This document shows, one piece after another, positions 35,829 to 43,880 of a DNA stretch of 43,880 bases. The position numbers and the translations under genes are program-made. Location: the NCBI GenBank assembly GCA_002687175.1, contig NYZP01000010.1, positions 1 through 43,880 of the forward strand, read 5' to 3'. Position 1 is the first letter of the stretch, and the number at the start of each line of letters is the position of its first letter. Origin of the DNA: Parcubacteria group bacterium (GTDB lineage: Bacteria; Patescibacteriota; Patescibacteriia; Buchananbacterales; UBA6539). Under the pieces are notes generated by a model, which saw only the letters and a list, made by a program, of their open reading frames with translations, was not told the origin of the DNA and searched no databases.

Positions 35829-37583
35829 ATGGGTTGCAGGAAGATGAGTAGGTTAGTTTCAATGTTTTCTTGGGTGCTGGCATGCATGTTAATGGTGGGA
35901 TGTCCCACCACAACAGACACACCGGATACAACACCAGAACTGGAAACAGAAGAAATTGATAAACCCGAAGTAGATTTACCTTCGGACCCGATCAACTTAC
36001 CTCCCCCCAATGATAATTGCAGCTCTGCTGTTGTTATTACTGAAGGGGAGGTCATATTAGACTCAACTGTCGATTCGATCGACGGCACGGTCTGGTATGC
36101 ATTTACCCCGACAGTAAGCGGTGTGACAACCGTAAACCTGGAAAGCAATTTTGATGCTAGCTTAGCAGTTTCCGAAAACTGCGGCGACAGCAAAATAATT
36201 TATGGCACTGACGACAGGAAGGATGTTTATCAGGAAACAGACCCCGTGCGGTTGGCGCAAGCAGCGGCAACTTGTGGTGTTATTCCTGAACTGTACATCA
36301 GAGACAATGGTGATGGCGCTTTTCGTGTCTCCACTTATGCCTTTGAGTATCAATGTCTGCCTCCCTGCGCCGGTGAGCCATATGCTGACCAGTCAACCTC
36401 ACCAATCTGTACCGCCTTTCTGATTGGTCCAGACTTGGTAGCAACGGCCGGACATTGTTTTGATGCCACTAACCTAAGTGATCGCACTTTTGTTTTTGGT
36501 TTTGAAATGACCAGTCCGACAACAACGCGAACAACGTTTGACAACTCCTATCTCTATCGTGGAGTTGAAATTGTGGCCCAGCAGTACACCACTGAAATTG
36601 ATTACGCCGTTATTAGGCTTGATCGCCCGGTGACAGTTCCTGGTGCGGAGCCGCTACAAATTCGACGTAGCGGCATTATTGCCGAAGAAACTAACGTTGG
36701 TGCCATTGGTCATCCGAAAGGACTACCGTTAAAGCTTACCTTTGGTAATCAAACGGTAGTGACCGACAGTTCCAACGCCAATTGGTTCTCGGCTAATCTG
36801 GATATTTACAGTGGCAACTCTGGTTCACCAGTGATTAATGCCATCACCGGATTAGTTGAGGGTATTGCCGTACGTAGCATACCTGATTTTGATATCATTG
36901 GTGGTAGCTGTTTTAGCTCAGTTGTCCTACCCGATGCCTTTGGCTCGGAACAAGTCACTAAGTCAACGGTCTTTGCCCAGTACATTCCGGAGGTTATTTC
37001 CGGCGAGGGCGAAGGTGAGAACATATTCTCTATCTCCCTTAACTTTGACGTAGTGGCTGGACAGCAGTACCTGATTGAGGTGTCGGGAAATGCCGGTCAA
37101 GCTGGTAGTTTTGACATCTCGGTTTCTACTGAGGAAACAGTTGAATTAGGTGGCGAAGGTGAAGGCGAAGGTGAAGGTGAAGGCGAGGTTGTTCCTACTA
37201 TCTCCTTAGTCAGTCAAACTGCTGATGGTTTGGTAACGGCTCAAGTTGACGACATTCCAGCTGAACTACTTGACCAGTACGGCGTGGTTTTCTATCCGGA
37301 AATAAACGTCGCCACACCACCGTTTGAATTTATGCGGTGGGTCGCCAAAAGCAATGGCTGGCCGGACAACATGGTGACGCCAATCAACGTTGACGGTACG
37401 GCCAGTGTCTGGGCGTTCCAAAGTGACGTTGATATTGAGACTACGGTCATGTTCTATGCTGCCGTGGTACCAATTGGCACGGTTGTTCCAGAATCGGTTG
37501 ATTCTGACACTATCGCTACACCGTATTTCGATTCGGTAATTACTGAGGCCTTAGCCTTTGACTACATGGTCAGAGACTGCTAG
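35829..37583 (+). CDS. putative lipoprotein trypsin-like (S1) serine protease with accessory domains and GE repeats
   Basis: AGGAGG SD, MVG-C lipobox-like site, TAGHC, DYAV, GNSGSP. Confidence 0.88.
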   Translation: MGCRKMSRLVSMFSWVLACMLMVGCPTTTDTPDTTPELETEEIDKPEVDLPSDPINLPPPNDNCSSAVVITEGEVILDSTVDSIDGTVWYAFTPTVSGVTTVNLESNFDASLAVSENCGDSKIIYGTDDRKDVYQETDPVRLAQAAATCGVIPELYIRDNGDGAFRVSTYAFEYQCLPPCAGEPYADQSTSPICTAFLIGPDLVATAGHCFDATNLSDRTFVFGFEMTSPTTTRTTFDNSYLYRGVEIVAQQYTTEIDYAVIRLDRPVTVPGAEPLQIRRSGIIAEETNVGAIGHPKGLPLKLTFGNQTVVTDSSNANWFSANLDIYSGNSGSPVINAITGLVEGIAVRSIPDFDIIGGSCFSSVVLPDAFGSEQVTKSTVFAQYIPEVISGEGEGENIFSISLNFDVVAGQQYLIEVSGNAGQAGSFDISVSTEETVELGGEGEGEGEGEGEVVPTISLVSQTADGLVTAQVDDIPAELLDQYGVVFYPEINVATPPFEFMRWVAKSNGWPDNMVTPINVDGTASVWAFQSDVDIETTVMFYAAVVPIGTVVPESVDSDTIATPYFDSVITEALAFDYMVRDC

Positions 37584-37661
37584 ACGTTGATTATGCTGTT
37601 GTCGCTGAATACGAATTGATGCAGTAATATTTTTCATAATTTTTTAACAAAAAACTCTTAC

Positions 37662-37700
37662 AAAAAACCTGCTCTGATCTCATTTCAGGACAGGTTTTTT
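37662..37700. terminator. intrinsic terminator
   Basis: A6-CCTG..CTGA-loop-TCAG..CAGG-T6. Confidence 0.7.
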
Positions 37701-37736
37701 GCTTGTCCGCTTCAGGTAAGATATACTAAGTGATAT

Positions 37737-37800
37737 ATGATAATACTTGGAATTGAAAGCTCCTGCGACCCCGCTCTGCGGTGCGTGACGAGGCGACGAT
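37737..37800 (+). pseudogene. interrupted duplicate of tsaD 5' end
   Basis: Encodes MIILGIESSCD; 20 bp identical to 37831-37850; insertion flanked by GCGAC repeats. Confidence 0.8.
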
Positions 37801-37809
37801 TAAAATCCT

Positions 37810-38826
37810 ATGATTAAAAAAAATAGTGCCATAATACTTGGAATTGAAAGTTCCTGTGATGAAACCGCTGCTGCCTTAATTGAAAAAAAAGGCAGTCGTT
37901 TTAGTATTTTAGCAAACACTGTTTTGTCACAAGTAAAAATCCATCGTCAATTTGGTGGAGTGGTACCAGAAGTTGCCGCCCGTAATCATTTAGAAAATAT
38001 ACTGTCGGTAGTTAATAAAACTTTAATTGAGGCTAAAATTAAACCTAAACAAATTGATAAAATTGCGGTCACTCATGGGCCAGGTCTTATCACTTCACTA
38101 ATTGTCGGAGCAGAAACTGCCAAAAATCTGGCCTTTGCTTGGCAAAAGCCCCTCATCCCCATTAACCATCTTAAAGCTCATTTGTACGCTAACTGGCTCA
38201 AAAATAAAACAATAAAATTTCCCGCCATAGCCTTAATAGTGTCAGGTGGTCACACCGAAATTGTTTTAATGAAATCAAACATTAACTTTAAAAAAATTGG
38301 TGAAACAGTTGATGATGCCGCTGGTGAGGCCTTTGACAAAGTTGCAGCTCTACTGAATCTAGGTTATCCTGGTGGACCAGTGGTGTCTAAGCTAGCAGAC
38401 AAGGGTAATGCTCAAGCCTTTAAATTTCCACGACCAATGATGTATAAAGATAATTTTAACTTCAGTTTCTCTGGACTAAAAACCGCAGTGCTTTATGAGA
38501 TAAAAAAAATACCACGAATTAACAGTAAAATAAAATCTGACATGTGCGCTTCTTTCCAACAAGCAGCCATTGATGTTTTAGCTTTTAAAACTATCAAGGC
38601 TGCCAAACGATACAAAGCTAAGACAATTATTCTTTCGGGTGGGGTAGCCGCTAATAAACTACTTCGAAAAACTTTAGAGCAGCAAGCAACCAATAACCAA
38701 TTAGATTTCATGGTTCCCGAAATTAATCTCTGCACAGATAATGCAGCGATGATTGCAGCAGCTGGTTTTTTTGAAAAATCAATACCTTGGCAAAAGCTTA
38801 GGGTTAACCCAAATTTAGAAATATGA
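37810..38826 (+). CDS. tsaD: tRNA t6A threonylcarbamoyltransferase
   Basis: GIESSCDET, GGVVPEVAARNH, GPGL, NHLKAH, VSGGHT, DDAAGEAFDK, FSFSGLKT, TDNAAMI. Confidence 0.98.
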   Translation: MIKKNSAIILGIESSCDETAAALIEKKGSRFSILANTVLSQVKIHRQFGGVVPEVAARNHLENILSVVNKTLIEAKIKPKQIDKIAVTHGPGLITSLIVGAETAKNLAFAWQKPLIPINHLKAHLYANWLKNKTIKFPAIALIVSGGHTEIVLMKSNINFKKIGETVDDAAGEAFDKVAALLNLGYPGGPVVSKLADKGNAQAFKFPRPMMYKDNFNFSFSGLKTAVLYEIKKIPRINSKIKSDMCASFQQAAIDVLAFKTIKAAKRYKAKTIILSGGVAANKLLRKTLEQQATNNQLDFMVPEINLCTDNAAMIAAAGFFEKSIPWQKLRVNPNLEI

Positions 38827-39245
38827 AACATATTACCCATTCAGAAATTCAAACTTTTAACCTGGGTAAAAAAGTGGCCAGTCAACTTAAGGCCGGTGGT
38901 GTCATATCTTTAACTGGAGAATTAGGTGCTGGCAAAACCGTATTTGTCAAAGGCCTGGCAGTTGGGCTAGGTGTTGAACAAGTGGTCAATAGTCCTACAT
39001 TTGTATTAATGAAAATTTATCCCACTAAACATTCGACAGTCAAACAAATAGTTCATATTGATTGTTATCGACTTAAAGAGTCTGATGAAATAGTTAATGT
39101 TGGAGCATTAGAATATTTCAACCGGCCTGATACTGTAACCGTAATAGAATGGGCTGAAAAAATTAAAAAAAATCTGCCTCAAAGTAGGCAAAAAATATTA
39201 ATTGAAATAAAAAACGTAAACGATCGAGAAATTACTATAACCTAG
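38823..39245 (+). CDS. tsaE: t6A biosynthesis ATPase
   Basis: GELGAGKT, SPTF, HIDCYRL, IEW. Confidence 0.96.
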   Translation: MKHITHSEIQTFNLGKKVASQLKAGGVISLTGELGAGKTVFVKGLAVGLGVEQVVNSPTFVLMKIYPTKHSTVKQIVHIDCYRLKESDEIVNVGALEYFNRPDTVTVIEWAEKIKKNLPQSRQKILIEIKNVNDREITIT

Positions 39246-40971
39246 CCGTAATATCCTTGGCCACTCTAAAGACCTCATCAACAGTTGTAATACCATCTGA
39301 CGCCTTCAATAAACCATCTTGAATCATGGTTATCATGCCGTTTTTAATAGCAATATTTCTCATGTCATACTCGGAAACATGACTGGTTAGAATCAAGGTT
39401 TCCACTTCTTTATTCATGGTCATTACTTCAAAAATACCAACTCTACCTTTGTATCCAAGACCCTGACACTCTTCACAACCGCCACCTTTAAAAAATTTAA
39501 GATGTTTTAAATCTTCTTTTGATATCTTTACACCTGACTCATCAGGAATTTCTGATAAAATATCCATCACTCGTGAGATGGTTCGGTTGTCTAACTCTGC
39601 CTCTTCTTTACATGAGTCACAAATCTTTCTAACTAGTCTCTGACCAATCATCGCATTAATTGCCGGAGCTAAAAGAAAAGGTTTAACCTCCATCGAAAGC
39701 AAGCGAGGAATAGTACCAGCAGCATCATTGGTATGTAAAGTGGTAATTACTAGATGGCCAGTCAAGGCGGCGTTAATAGCCACTTCGGCGGTCTCTAAAT
39801 CTCTAACCTCACCAACCATCACAATATCAGGATCCTGCCGTAAAATTGACCGTAGGCCATTAGCAAAGGTATATTTTTTACTAGGATTAACCTGACTTTG
39901 ATTTATCCCTTCTAATTTATATTCAACTGGATCTTCAATGGTAATAATTTTTGTTCCCGGATCATTCAGTTTATTCAAAACGGCATAAAGAGTTGTGGTC
40001 TTACCAGAACCAGTTGGTCCGGTAGTAACAATCATGCCGTTAGGTTTAGTAATTTCAATTTTTAAAGCTTCAAATGCCTTACCGCGTAAACCTAAATCTT
40101 CAAAAGCTAGTCCAATAGCTGATGACATCAAAAGCCTCATCACAACACTCTCGCCATAAGCAGTTGGTAAGGTTGATGTCCTAACATCAATTTTTTCATC
40201 AGTCATAAAAATAGTGAAACGTCCGTCCTGTGGTCGATCTTCAATATTAATCTTTAATTTGGCCACCAGTTTAATCCGAGCTACCACTTGTGGCCAGAGC
40301 TTCGAGTCTAGTTGGGCCACTTCATGTAATATACCATCAACTCGAAAACGAATTTTAACTCCTTTTTCTTCTGATTCAATATGAATGTCTGATGACCGAG
40401 CCTTAATAGCAGCCGCCATAATCAAAGTTAACATGTCGGTAATAGATACTTCCTGTAGCCCTTGATTTAAGTCTTTAAAAGTTTCTATTTCCTTTTCATA
40501 TTTTTTAATATCTGCTTCAGTAATTTCCACACCACTGACAAATTTTCTAATTTTGGGAACTGACTTGTAAAGCTTAAAAGCTGATTCAAAACTGTGTGCT
40601 GAAGTTAAATAAACTTTAACATCTGCACGATGCTGCTTAGCTAATTTTTCGGCAATCTCTCTTAGCGCCGGATTGCTAGGATCAGTAGAACCGATTCGAA
40701 TGTCATTAGAACCACGAAAAAAACAGATAGCCTGAAGCTTAGTGGCTAAGCTCTCAGGAATAAGAGTTAGGGTTTCTGGGCTAATTGGAAAGCCTTTAAG
40801 GTCGATATATTGAATCCCACCAATTGAGGCCTTGGCCTGTGCTTCACGTTCCTTTTCTTTAATACCAATATTTTTCATCTTTTCTGTTAACTTGTCAGCA
40901 ACGTCAAGAGTAGCAATTTTAGGTTTTTTGCTTGAAGAAATTGGTTTAATTAAATTGTTATCTTCTGCCAT
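39235..40971 (-). CDS. type IV pilus assembly / T2SS ATPase (PilB/GspE family)
   Basis: SDIHIE, RFRVDG, PQDGR, GPTGSGKTTT, TIEDPVE, LRQDPD, TGHLV..TLH, CxxC pairs, GYKGRVG. Confidence 0.96.
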   Translation of the reverse strand: MAEDNNLIKPISSSKKPKIATLDVADKLTEKMKNIGIKEKEREAQAKASIGGIQYIDLKGFPISPETLTLIPESLATKLQAICFFRGSNDIRIGSTDPSNPALREIAEKLAKQHRADVKVYLTSAHSFESAFKLYKSVPKIRKFVSGVEITEADIKKYEKEIETFKDLNQGLQEVSITDMLTLIMAAAIKARSSDIHIESEEKGVKIRFRVDGILHEVAQLDSKLWPQVVARIKLVAKLKINIEDRPQDGRFTIFMTDEKIDVRTSTLPTAYGESVVMRLLMSSAIGLAFEDLGLRGKAFEALKIEITKPNGMIVTTGPTGSGKTTTLYAVLNKLNDPGTKIITIEDPVEYKLEGINQSQVNPSKKYTFANGLRSILRQDPDIVMVGEVRDLETAEVAINAALTGHLVITTLHTNDAAGTIPRLLSMEVKPFLLAPAINAMIGQRLVRKICDSCKEEAELDNRTISRVMDILSEIPDESGVKISKEDLKHLKFFKGGGCEECQGLGYKGRVGIFEVMTMNKEVETLILTSHVSEYDMRNIAIKNGMITMIQDGLLKASDGITTVDEVFRVAKDITARL

Positions 40972-41139
40972 AAATAAAGTAACATTCTTTTATATTATAA
41001 CTTTTTTTAACCATCACAACAATGTTACAAGTAAATTGTGACGTATCTGCTTGGAGTTTGTTCTAGAAAGAGCTAAAATTAAACCAGTTGCCTAATGAGC
41101 AACATGTTTTACCCCTATATATAGCGGAGCGTAGGGGTA

Positions 41140-41156
41140 AATCCCTCACGTCCCAC
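41140..41156 (+). repeat. tRNA-Lys 3' fragment (17 bp)
   Basis: AATCCCTCACGTCCCAC identical to 41625-41641. Confidence 0.8.
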
Positions 41157-41207
41157 TTGAAGAGACCATCTTGTTAGAAGATGGTTTTTTTGGTATAATA
41201 AGATTAT

Positions 41208-41564
41208 ATGAATAAAAAAATAATTTTAATAATCTTGGGAATAGTTATTTTAGGAGTAATTGCAACTTTAATTATTATAATCCTAAATAATTCTTCAATA
41301 CCACCTGAAGTCTTGGCTTCAAAAACAAATCAAACTAAAAAAATCGAAGCAGCTAAATGTGATTTCTGTGGCGAAGGTAGAGATGTTACAATATATAATT
41401 TTATTCGTGATGATGGAGCAATCTTAAAAAGAATACATAAAGATAATATTAGCAATTCGTATACATGTGGCGGCGCCATAGGTTGGAGCTGTCCAACAAA
41501 TCATAAATGTGATTACGGTGATACTGCCTTAAATGATGCTTTTGGTCTTTGTGTTAAGAAATAA
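41208..41564 (+). CDS. membrane-anchored Cys-containing hypothetical protein
   Basis: N-terminal TM helix; CGGAIGWSCP..C...GLC. Confidence 0.75.
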   Translation: MNKKIILIILGIVILGVIATLIIIILNNSSIPPEVLASKTNQTKKIEAAKCDFCGEGRDVTIYNFIRDDGAILKRIHKDNISNSYTCGGAIGWSCPTNHKCDYGDTALNDAFGLCVKK

Positions 41565-41573
41565 AAGCCCTTC

Positions 41574-41643
41574 TTTGCTCTGCGGTCTTGCGAAGCGCCT
41601 CTTAAGCAAACGGTCGGGGGTTCGAATCCCTCACGTCCCACCA
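41574..41643 (+). pseudogene. tRNA-Lys(CTT) remnant: disrupted anticodon arm through CCA, no 5' half
   Basis: GC-CTCTTAA-GCAAA, T arm GGGGG-TTCGAAT-CCCTC, ACGTCCC-A-CCA, then terminator. Confidence 0.8.
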
Positions 41644-41838
41644 GTAATCGCTCGTTGAGCGGTTTTTTGATATAATATAATTGTATGAAAAAACAATCTA
41701 AAAAAAGCCTAGCTACATTAAGTAAAGCCCTAAAAGCCAATCAGAAAAAGCAAAAAGGAATAGTTGACTCTACGAATAAAATAGTAGATAATACTATACT
41801 AAGTTTAATAAAGAAAAATATTACTAAAATATCTAAAT

Positions 41839-42699
41839 ATGACAGAAAATGAAAAACCACCAATCGACCTGGAAGAAGAAGGTCATGAAGGCGCTGAAAT
41901 AATTGATTTTAGTGAAATTCAAGCCGCTGCAAAATCCGAGCAAGAACAACCTGATTTAGAATCCGAGAAAAGTCGTTTAGAGGCCAAGATTCTTGAAGTA
42001 TGTAGTACTATTGAAACAAGAGCTCGCTCAATATCTGAAAGACTACAAGCTGCTTATAATAAAATTGATTCACCTGACATAGAAGAACTTAAAAAAGCCG
42101 CCACTGAAAACCACCAATCATTCTTCGGAGTTATAGACCAAGACCGTGCTTCTTTTTTAGAATTTGCTTCTCAAGCAGCATCTTCTGATGATATTGAACA
42201 AATAGAACAAAAATTAGAAACTGAAATGCTAGCGGGCAGTATGGCTAATTTGGATAATGCTGAAGCTCAGTTACAAGAAGTGGAAAGATTAGCGGAATCT
42301 CAAACAGCTGATAGTTTAACTGATAGATTCTTTGATAGCGGCGGTGTTAGAAAACCTACAGAAGAAGAATTAGCAGGTATGCCAGAATTTGTTAGAAATG
42401 AAGTTATGCATCAAATGGAACAGTTAGACCAAGACGCTTCTTCTTTTGAAACTGAAGCAGAAGGAAAAATTTCGTCACTTGAAACTCGTTATCGGGCTGT
42501 ACGAGACAGAGTTAAAGGTATTGTTGGCCAAGATACTTTCAGACAAATTGAAGAAGGTTTTGGCTTCTTGAGAAGAGCTATGGAAACATTAAAATCATTA
42601 CCTGAAGACCAAAAAAGAGGGCTGGAAGCTCAAGAAGTTAGAACAAACATTGATAGGATGCTTGGCAACCTAGACACCTTATCAGTAAGGTGGGGTTAA
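41839..42699 (+). CDS. hypothetical acidic helical/coiled-coil protein
   Basis: 286-aa E/A/Q-rich ORF. Confidence 0.8.
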   Translation: MTENEKPPIDLEEEGHEGAEIIDFSEIQAAAKSEQEQPDLESEKSRLEAKILEVCSTIETRARSISERLQAAYNKIDSPDIEELKKAATENHQSFFGVIDQDRASFLEFASQAASSDDIEQIEQKLETEMLAGSMANLDNAEAQLQEVERLAESQTADSLTDRFFDSGGVRKPTEEELAGMPEFVRNEVMHQMEQLDQDASSFETEAEGKISSLETRYRAVRDRVKGIVGQDTFRQIEEGFGFLRRAMETLKSLPEDQKRGLEAQEVRTNIDRMLGNLDTLSVRWG

Positions 42700-42725
42700 T
42701 TTTTTCATTTATAAAAAGTCTTTCT

Positions 42726-42768
42726 TTTGCCGAAGGTCGAGCTTGCGAGGCCTCTTAAGCAAACGGTC
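42726..42768 (+). pseudogene. second tRNA-Lys anticodon-arm remnant
   Basis: GCCTCTTAAGCAAACGGTC identical to 41597-41615, preceded by TTTGC and an insertion. Confidence 0.75.
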
Positions 42769-42822
42769 CCCGGCTAGTTGTAAAAATCGCCACTTAGGTG
42801 ATTTTTTGGTAAAATTAACGAC

Positions 42823-43224
42823 ATGAAAAACTTTATTGATAAACTATCACTGGTAGACATTAAAGACCGAAAAGTTTTAATGGCCAAAAGTTTTAATAAG
42901 GACAAATGGTTTAATCCAGGTGGCAAGAGGGAACCAGGTGAAACAGATGAACAAGCCTTAATTAGAGAGATAAAAGAAGAACTTTCAATTGATATTATAC
43001 CAGACACTATTAAGCTATATAATGTTTTTGAAGCACAGGCTCATGGAAAACCCAAAGGGACAATGGTCAGACTAGCCTGCTACACCGCGTCCTATAAAGG
43101 AACACCAAAGCCATCGGCTGAAATAGAACATATTGATTATTTTGATTATTCAAAAAAAGACCTAACCAGTTTAGTTAGTCAATTATTTTTTGATGATCTA
43201 AAGAAAAAAAATTTAATAGATTAA
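42823..43224 (+). CDS. NUDIX hydrolase
   Basis: PGGKREPGETDEQALIREIKEEL Nudix box. Confidence 0.95.
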   Translation: MKNFIDKLSLVDIKDRKVLMAKSFNKDKWFNPGGKREPGETDEQALIREIKEELSIDIIPDTIKLYNVFEAQAHGKPKGTMVRLACYTASYKGTPKPSAEIEHIDYFDYSKKDLTSLVSQLFFDDLKKKNLID

Positions 43225-43238
43225 AAATTTCTTTGTAT

Positions 43239-43271
43239 AAAAAAATATCCGTTTCTCTAACGGATATTTTT
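43239..43271. terminator. bidirectional terminator
   Basis: AAAAATATCCGTT-loop-AACGGATATTTTT between convergent genes. Confidence 0.8.
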
Positions 43272-43289
43272 GTAAAACTAAAAGTTTTA

Positions 43290-43880
43290 TTATCGCCTAA
43301 AGCCGGACTTCAAAATACTGACTAAAGTATGTTTTTTATTATCTAATAGCTCAAAAACTATTACCCAGGTTGCCCAATGAAAAATTGTCAGTAAAACTTG
43401 AACAGCTACGAATACCATAATGGCCAGTAAAACCAACAGGATCAAACCGAACAAAAAACCAACATAAAGTGTTAGGAAAGATATAATAATATTAGAGATG
43501 AAAAAAATCATCAGTGAATTAATCAGTAAAAAAATCAAAGAAATAATTAGAGCAATTTCCAGACTAAGTAACCAATTTTCAATAAATATTTTCCAAGCTT
43601 TACCTAATGACTGCTTAAATTTCCAATTTTTCAAAACCACACCAATGATTGCATATTTCAAAATAAAAGAAATTATAATTATCAGGAACAACAGAATATT
43701 AAAAACAACTATGAAAACTAAAATCTCGCCACTGAATTTTAAGCTAGCCAAAATAGCAATAATGAATAATAAAAACCAGATAAAAAATCTGGCTAAAAAA
43801 TTAAGGGCCAAAATTGACCAAAATTTTTGCAAACCAATGCTAAAGCTCTTTTGCCATTTAAGTTCTTGATTCCTAATAAT
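43290..43880 (-). CDS. polytopic membrane protein, 5'-truncated by window edge
   Basis: Frame open to the window end; several TM helices; SLGKAWKIF.ENW. Confidence 0.8.
   Translation of the reverse strand: MIRNQELKWQKSFSIGLQKFWSILALNFLARFFIWFLLFIIAILASLKFSGEILVFIVVFNILLFLIIIISFILKYAIIGVVLKNWKFKQSLGKAWKIFIENWLLSLEIALIISLIFLLINSLMIFFISNIIISFLTLYVGFLFGLILLVLLAIMVFVAVQVLLTIFHWATWVIVFELLDNKKHTLVSILKSGFRR

Noticed and set aside
37151-37187. GGCGAA/GGTGAA hexamer repeat as a contingency locus
   Set aside because: In-frame, codon-varied GE linker; length change would not shift the frame.
41574-41643. Intact or intron-containing tRNA-Lys
   Set aside because: No acceptor 5' strand or D arm upstream, and the 20-nt insert is far too short for a self-splicing intron.
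41513-41740. 75-aa minus ORF containing VGREGFEPPTVCLRG
   Set aside because: Typical antisense translation of a tRNA T-arm and acceptor, not a protein.
1-43880. Alternative genetic code 25, prophage, autonomous IS or defence system
   Set aside because: Conserved genes are full length with TGA as stop; no phage, transposase, integrase, cas or restriction genes recognised.

Overview
AT-rich bacterial chromosome segment, genetic code 11 (TGA acts as stop in ATGA gene overlaps). The gene set and style suggest a Patescibacteria/CPR (Parcubacteria/ABY1-like) organism; this is inference only. Core genes: Na+-type membrane pyrophosphatase, tig, nfo, VanW-type protein, Hsp20, two cold-shock proteins, a LOG-rpiB-rpe-split transketolase-PfkB operon, a complete FMN-riboswitch-controlled ribD-ribBA-ribE-ribH operon, tsaD-tsaE, a PilB/GspE ATPase and tRNA-Glu(UUC). 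Single accessory genes with their own promoter, SD and terminator sit between them, including a desaturase, a B12 radical SAM enzyme, a beta-barrel plus LolA-like pair, and a lipoprotein esterase and protease. No transposase, integrase, cas gene or CRISPR array was seen. The most unusual signals are non-coding. (1) Two copies of a ~135-nt element in the pentose-phosphate operon run from ATG to ATG, encode related short peptides and form a covarying 23-bp stem over the downstream start codon. (2) An unexplained 385-nt highly structured element lies at 9997-10381. (3) Dead duplicated fragments of tRNA-Glu, tRNA-Lys and tsaD carry related 20-30-nt GC-rich micro-insertions, and hppA has a dead 3' duplicate without one. 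(4) A 57-bp IS3-like MITE sits inside a terminator loop. (5) boxA-like motifs recur in the leaders of SD-led accessory genes. All coordinates and pairings were read by eye and no database search was run.
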